Below are positions 59,250 through 64,000 of a stretch of 64,000 nt of DNA, one piece after another. The notes beneath the pieces were generated by a model, which worked only from the letters and a program-made list of their open reading frames with translations, had not been told where the DNA came from and did not search any database. Numbering within the stretch: position 1 is the stretch's first letter; each line of letters begins with the position of its first letter. This stretch comes from an uncultured Poribacteria bacterium (GTDB taxonomy: Bacteria > Poribacteria > WGA-4E > WGA-3G). The stretch is from contig OX638351.1 of assembly GCA_951813565.1 (NCBI GenBank), positions 5,248,001-5,312,000 of the forward strand, in the 5' to 3' direction. Both the position numbers and the translations under genes were made by a program.

Positions 59250-60002
59250 GTGAATATTCAACTTTCAGGTAAGGTAGCGGTTATCACTGGTGCCTCCACA
59301 GGTATTGGTGCTGCAACTGCGATTGCTTATGCAGAAGCTGGTGCGAAAGTCGTTATTGGAGATATTAATGAGGTTGATGGACAAAAAACCTTACAAACAA
59401 TTGTAAAAAACGGGGGGATAGCGAAATTCTGTCAAACCGATGTCACTTCTGAATCTGAAGTTGCTCAACTCATAAAAACTGCTGATGAATCGTATGGAAG
59501 AATTGATACGGTAGTAACTTCCGCAGGAGTTTTACGAGGTCCAAGTGTCCGAATTGAAGATTTTGAGGAAGCTACCTTTGATTCAGTAATTGATGTCAAT
59601 CTTAAAGGCACTTTTTTCACCCTCAAACATGCTGTTCCCGTAATGTGCAGAAGTGGCGGCGGTGTTATTCTTTGTATTGCTTCAGGAGCAGGGGTTCGTG
59701 GGGGAAGTTCCTCAGTCGCGTATGCCTCAAGTAAAGGAGGCGTTAATGGTCTTGTGATGACTGTAGAAGGTCAAGTTGGTTCTCTCAACATCCGCATGCA
59801 CACAATATGTCCCGGTGGACTTGCTACACCGCTAAAACTCGGACAAATTGCAGAGTCTGCCAAGCGAGATGGAAATGATCCTGATGCAGCTGTTGCCAAT
59901 GCACAGAAATCGCTTGGTGATCCAGCAGGTGTTGCCCGAATACTAACGTTTCTTGCCTCTGATGAAGGTTCTTACATGCGTGGGCAGATCTTCACAAGGT
60001 AG
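59250..60002 (+). CDS. SDR-family oxidoreductase
   Basis: TGASTGIG, VNLKG, YASSK, ICPG. Confidence 0.92.
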   Translation: MNIQLSGKVAVITGASTGIGAATAIAYAEAGAKVVIGDINEVDGQKTLQTIVKNGGIAKFCQTDVTSESEVAQLIKTADESYGRIDTVVTSAGVLRGPSVRIEDFEEATFDSVIDVNLKGTFFTLKHAVPVMCRSGGGVILCIASGAGVRGGSSSVAYASSKGGVNGLVMTVEGQVGSLNIRMHTICPGGLATPLKLGQIAESAKRDGNDPDAAVANAQKSLGDPAGVARILTFLASDEGSYMRGQIFTR

Positions 60003-60029
60003 GTGGGTGTAAATAGATTTTTGGAATTA

Positions 60030-60392
60030 TTAATTACTTGGGTTAAGTGTGTAGTCAAAGTTCAACCACAAACTTTTTGAATAGCGATAGAAAAAGATAG
60101 GGAATACAGCGGAAACTAAACCCCAAATGCCAAAATTTACTACGAAAGGGATAGGTGTGAAAACACCAAAGATAAAGTAGCCCGGAAAGGCAAGGAGCAC
60201 CGTTGCACCATAATTGAGATACATTGCACCGATGAAATAACCTTGTTCGCGTTCAAACTTCAAATTACACACAGGGCAGTGTGTAAACATCTTGAACCTT
60301 TTTTGAAAGAGTGAACCTTCCTCACATCGTGGACACTTGAGTCCAAAACTGCACTGCAAAATCTTTTTGAAATTCCTAAGAGTTAGTTTCAT
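60030..60392 (-). CDS. DUF983-family membrane protein
   Basis: CPRCEEGSLF...CPVCNLKFEREQGYFIGAMY plus two TMs. Confidence 0.82.
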   Translation of the reverse strand: MKLTLRNFKKILQCSFGLKCPRCEEGSLFQKRFKMFTHCPVCNLKFEREQGYFIGAMYLNYGATVLLAFPGYFIFGVFTPIPFVVNFGIWGLVSAVFPIFFYRYSKSLWLNFDYTLNPSN

Positions 60393-60432
60393 ATATGCGT
60401 TCTAATGGAAGTTAGGATCAATCCTCTATGAG

Positions 60433-61098
60433 TTAATAGGTGTTGTCATCCCAAAAAACTTTGAAAGTACGGAGCAGTATCTTGAAATCGTTCCATAGGG
60501 ACAAATTCTCAATGTATTCCAAATCAACAGGAATTCCTTCACGGATTGACCCGCGTCGACATGGACTTAACTGCCAAAGTCCTGTCATTCCTGGACGCAC
60601 GAGATGGCGTTGATTTTCCCATTCCTCGTAATTTTCAGCAAGAAACGGCATTTCTGGTCGGGGACCGACAAGACTCATTTCACCTTTAATCACGTTAAAT
60701 AACTGGGGTAATTCATCTAAACTCGTTTTCCGAATCCATTTACCAACCGATGTAATACGAATATCTTCAGTTGAATCGGGCTTTTCTGAATAGGAGGGCG
60801 TATCAATATGAAGGCTTCTGAACTTGTGAATGACAAAGAGTTTATTATTTATACCGACCCGTTTATGTGAGAAAAAAATTGGTCCACGCGAGGTGAGTTT
60901 AATGAGTATTGCTATGACTATCATGAAAGGGGAAAAGAGTAGAATTAAGAAAAATGCCGCTACAAAATCAAGCAAATATTTTCCTCGCTTTGCGTAGAAG
61001 GAGGAAAGTCTTTTAACTGAAGTCTGTGCTGCTGTGTCGTTCATATATGCAAAGTCAGTTTTGGAAACGCAAAATTTTGTTGGCAAATGTGCCATCAT
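60433..61098 (-). CDS. Bacterial sugar transferase (initiating phosphoglycosyl transferase)
   Basis: KFRSL, RKTSLDELPQLFNVIKGEMSLVGPRPE, RPGMTGLWQ. Confidence 0.93.
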   Translation of the reverse strand: MMAHLPTKFCVSKTDFAYMNDTAAQTSVKRLSSFYAKRGKYLLDFVAAFFLILLFSPFMIVIAILIKLTSRGPIFFSHKRVGINNKLFVIHKFRSLHIDTPSYSEKPDSTEDIRITSVGKWIRKTSLDELPQLFNVIKGEMSLVGPRPEMPFLAENYEEWENQRHLVRPGMTGLWQLSPCRRGSIREGIPVDLEYIENLSLWNDFKILLRTFKVFWDDNTY

Positions 61099-61125
61099 CC
61101 TTTACCTACACGAAATTAGTAGATT

Positions 61126-62247
61126 TCACTTTTTCTTCTGTAGTTTTTCAAAAACATCAAGATATTGTTCCGCAATATGATCCCAGTTGAATCGTTTTCG
61201 GATTTGTTCAGGGGCACGTTGGCGGAAGTCGTCAACCTTCTCTGGATTCTGTTCTAACGTCTCAATTTCGGCTTTGAGAGCCTCCGAAGTTTTGTCAAAG
61301 AGTACACCGTAAGTCCCGCCTTCCAAGACTTCATGGTTGAACGGTGTATTTAGTGCCAAAATGCAGTTAGAAAATCCTAACGCCTTCAAAATGGAAGGAT
61401 TGATGCCACCAAACTGATGTCCATGAATGTAAGCAAAGCAGTTATGGTGCAATTCCTTTATATGTTCAGAACTATCTATGTGTCCCAAAAAGATTACGTT
61501 TTCATTAGCGATGCTTTTCAATTTATCTAAAAATTCATTTTCAAGTTTGTTGCCCTTATAGTCAGCACCACCTGCTATTGCGAGTTTTTTCTGGCTATTT
61601 GAGTTGACAAATGCCTCCAAAATCAGGTCCGCATTATTATCAGGAACAAGACGGCTTGCAATCAAATAGTAATTTCGTGATTCAAGTCCATAAGTTTCAA
61701 GTATTTCAGGGTGTTCAGACGGTTCAATGTTTGCTCCGTAAGCGATATATGTTGTCTCAGCACCTAATTCTTCAAGGTAAAGTCTTTTCATTTCTTCGGC
61801 ATCGGTAATCACAATAGGAAACGCGGAAGTCGCCATCTTTGCTGCCCATTTGAAATAGACTGCACCTATACCTTTCCACTTTGGACGAAGCCATTCCATT
61901 CCATCAACATTGATAACAGCACTTTTGCCAGCAATACGGAAAAACCAACCAAAGGGACCATTGCCAGCATTCCATACCAAAATAGCATCAGAAGGTGAAA
62001 ACGAAGCGTGTAAAGTTGCTAAAAAACTGTGGCTGAGGGTACTAAATACTTTATGTTCTATGCTCGGTAAATAGACTAACTTAATGCCTTTCCATTCGCG
62101 TGGTCTCTCTTTAAAAACTGCTTTTCTACAATAGACAGTGACTTCATGTCCCGCTTCTACCCAGCGCGGTGCAAGTTCTCCCATGATGGTTTCCAGCCCA
62201 CTATAAGTTGCTGGAAGTCCTCGAATACCCAACACGCGAATTTTCAT
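61126..62247 (-). CDS. GT4 glycosyltransferase (DUF1972 type)
   Basis: GIRGLPATYSGLET, NVDGMEW.RPKW, SRLVPDNN, HGHQFGGINPS. Confidence 0.88.
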   Translation of the reverse strand: MKIRVLGIRGLPATYSGLETIMGELAPRWVEAGHEVTVYCRKAVFKERPREWKGIKLVYLPSIEHKVFSTLSHSFLATLHASFSPSDAILVWNAGNGPFGWFFRIAGKSAVINVDGMEWLRPKWKGIGAVYFKWAAKMATSAFPIVITDAEEMKRLYLEELGAETTYIAYGANIEPSEHPEILETYGLESRNYYLIASRLVPDNNADLILEAFVNSNSQKKLAIAGGADYKGNKLENEFLDKLKSIANENVIFLGHIDSSEHIKELHHNCFAYIHGHQFGGINPSILKALGFSNCILALNTPFNHEVLEGGTYGVLFDKTSEALKAEIETLEQNPEKVDDFRQRAPEQIRKRFNWDHIAEQYLDVFEKLQKKK

Positions 62248-62402
62248 CTTAAGTCCTTCCGAATGATACCAAGATACACTTACAAAACAATTTCTTTGAT
62301 GCGTTAACCAACATGAATCTTCATTTAAAATGTTATTCCAATTGTGGTTTGTAATTCCACTCCATCAGTGAAGGGAAACAGCAGTGAACTTCAGGTTAAA
62401 CC

Positions 62403-64000
62403 TTAAAATCGATAAAGTGCTTTCGCTTGGATTTCATTTCCAGTTTCATGTGCATCTTGACGATTTTCAAAGTTTCGTCTCCAAATCCTTGCCCATTCGC
62501 CATAAAATGAATAATGACCAAGAGTAACCCAATTAAAACCGATCTTTAAGCGATGCTCACTTTCTGTAACCCCAGATAGTGGTGTCCACACGTCATCTTT
62601 TGGGGCGTCAGATGGATGATTTTTGTCTATGTTTCCTTCACCGTGGCGTTCAAGCTCGTACCCGAAAACAGTTTCAAGCTTATCTGTAAAACGTCTCCGC
62701 AGTTCGATCCATAGATTATCCGCATCAGAACCGATATGATGTCCAATCGGTGTCGTAAAGTGTTTGTAAACGTTTACAGGATTGACGTGTGTATATGCAT
62801 ATTGATTAATAAAAGCGTATTCTACATGAAAATCAGTATCTGACAGTCCAAATGGATCAGTAAGATAAATGCCGCCGAGGATTCCGAATTTTGTATCCCA
62901 ATGCTTAAAAACAGATACTGGATTTCCATCATCAATCATTACCTCGCCATATATTTCAAAATTGTCTATAGGACACAGGCGTATATCCGCACTTATCAGG
63001 ATATTATCGCCACTACCAGGAACCCGACTATCTGCACGTGAAATTGTCTGTTCGTTAATCAAGTAGATATTGACCGGATTGAGATACCCCAGCTCAAAAC
63101 GGTTTCCGAAAATGATTACCTCAGATATACCTAAACCCAATCTATCCCAGAAATATCCTTCCAACCTATGTCCCGAAATATATTTTTCATTAATTTCGTC
63201 TAATCTATCTTCTAAAATACCCGTGAATGCTGTGAAAGTGGTAGTTTTGTATGTAGTTTGCAACTTTAACATGTCTATTGCAATTGGGTTTGGAGAAATC
63301 AATAGATTGCCGTGATAGCCGGGCCCCCACTGGAGATTGTCTTGTCCAAATTGCAATTCAAACCAAGGGAAGTTAAACTTTAGGTAAGCATTAATCGCTG
63401 TTCGGTACTTCTGTCCAATTTGCAGTTCGCCCTCCAGCTGCCTATATTTAGATTCATCTGGATAAAAATCGTCAAAAATATCTCCATATAGCCATCTGTA
63501 TGCCATATTTGTTGTGAACGCAAAACCCTCTTTGACTTGTCCATAGAGATGCGGAAACCATGTTGTGACGAACATAGTGCCTTCAACCGGTTCTTTTTCA
63601 GACATGTTGTCCACTAACCTGGTAATTGTTCGCTGTCTCCCCCTTAAATCAAATGAAAAACGGTAGGTGGTGTCGTCACTGAGAGTAAACAAATGTGCCC
63701 GCCGATTGGGAGGAGTTTGTGTTCCAACCTCCGAGTAAAAGGCTAACAATTCCTTTAGACGTTTCTGATCGTTGACGCTCAACGTCAGTTCGCCGCTATC
63801 AAGTTTTTGAGACACCTCCACCAGAAAAGATGCAACCTGTTTTCGCGTAAACGGTAAAGAACCTCGCGCTACACCGGACACCACACGTTTGTTAAGTAAA
63901 CGATGAATAAAGCGGTAGGTTTCAGTATTAAAATCGCTTATATCTGGATTAAGTGGGACGTTTATAAGCGATGCGGCATTGGCGCAAGGTAAACACCAGA
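62403..64000 (-). CDS. Capsule assembly Wzi-family outer-membrane protein, 5' end outside window
   Basis: WGPGYHGNLLIS, GHRLE, SEVII, YGEVMIDD, IGHHIGSDAD, C-terminal YRF; the frame stays open to the window edge. Confidence 0.8.
   Translation of the reverse strand, partial: WCLPCANAASLINVPLNPDISDFNTETYRFIHRLLNKRVVSGVARGSLPFTRKQVASFLVEVSQKLDSGELTLSVNDQKRLKELLAFYSEVGTQTPPNRRAHLFTLSDDTTYRFSFDLRGRQRTITRLVDNMSEKEPVEGTMFVTTWFPHLYGQVKEGFAFTTNMAYRWLYGDIFDDFYPDESKYRQLEGELQIGQKYRTAINAYLKFNFPWFELQFGQDNLQWGPGYHGNLLISPNPIAIDMLKLQTTYKTTTFTAFTGILEDRLDEINEKYISGHRLEGYFWDRLGLGISEVIIFGNRFELGYLNPVNIYLINEQTISRADSRVPGSGDNILISADIRLCPIDNFEIYGEVMIDDGNPVSVFKHWDTKFGILGGIYLTDPFGLSDTDFHVEYAFINQYAYTHVNPVNVYKHFTTPIGHHIGSDADNLWIELRRRFTDKLETVFGYELERHGEGNIDKNHPSDAPKDDVWTPLSGVTESEHRLKIGFNWVTLGHYSFYGEWARIWRRNFENRQDAHETGNEIQAKALYRF

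Noticed and set aside
1..64000. tRNA, rRNA, riboswitch, prophage or known defence genes
   Set aside because: None recognised by eye apart from the mazEF pair; a covariance-model search was not possible.

Overview
This is a bacterial chromosomal window, most likely Candidatus Poribacteria or a relative. That is inferred from the VEPxGKxATTWG C-terminal motifs, PhyH tandem, WD40/FlgD-Ig and CRTAC1 proteins and a planctomycete-type cytochrome c protein. It mixes housekeeping genes (thiE, rsmB, rpsT, purH, argJ) with secreted and surface proteins, an STT3/AglB-like oligosaccharyltransferase locus and the start of a capsule/EPS cluster. Mobile DNA is dense: an intact lone-TnpB IS200/IS605 element, a 389-bp TnpB-less relative that keeps the omegaRNA and sits exactly between the RBS and ATG of a host gene, IS1, two ISKra4-like copies, two IS1595 copies (one interrupted by IS5), and many MITEs. 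The most unusual signal is a layered system of small non-coding mobile DNA. Several MITE families with different TIRs and TSDs carry REP-like GTAG hairpin cores and nest inside each other. They are in turn invaded at fixed sites by a ~34-bp (C/G)AATCAACGC-hairpin micro-element with covarying stems (about 12 copies, including a 4-unit tandem). No rRNA, tRNA or CRISPR array was recognised. All family assignments come from motif recognition by eye, with no database searches.
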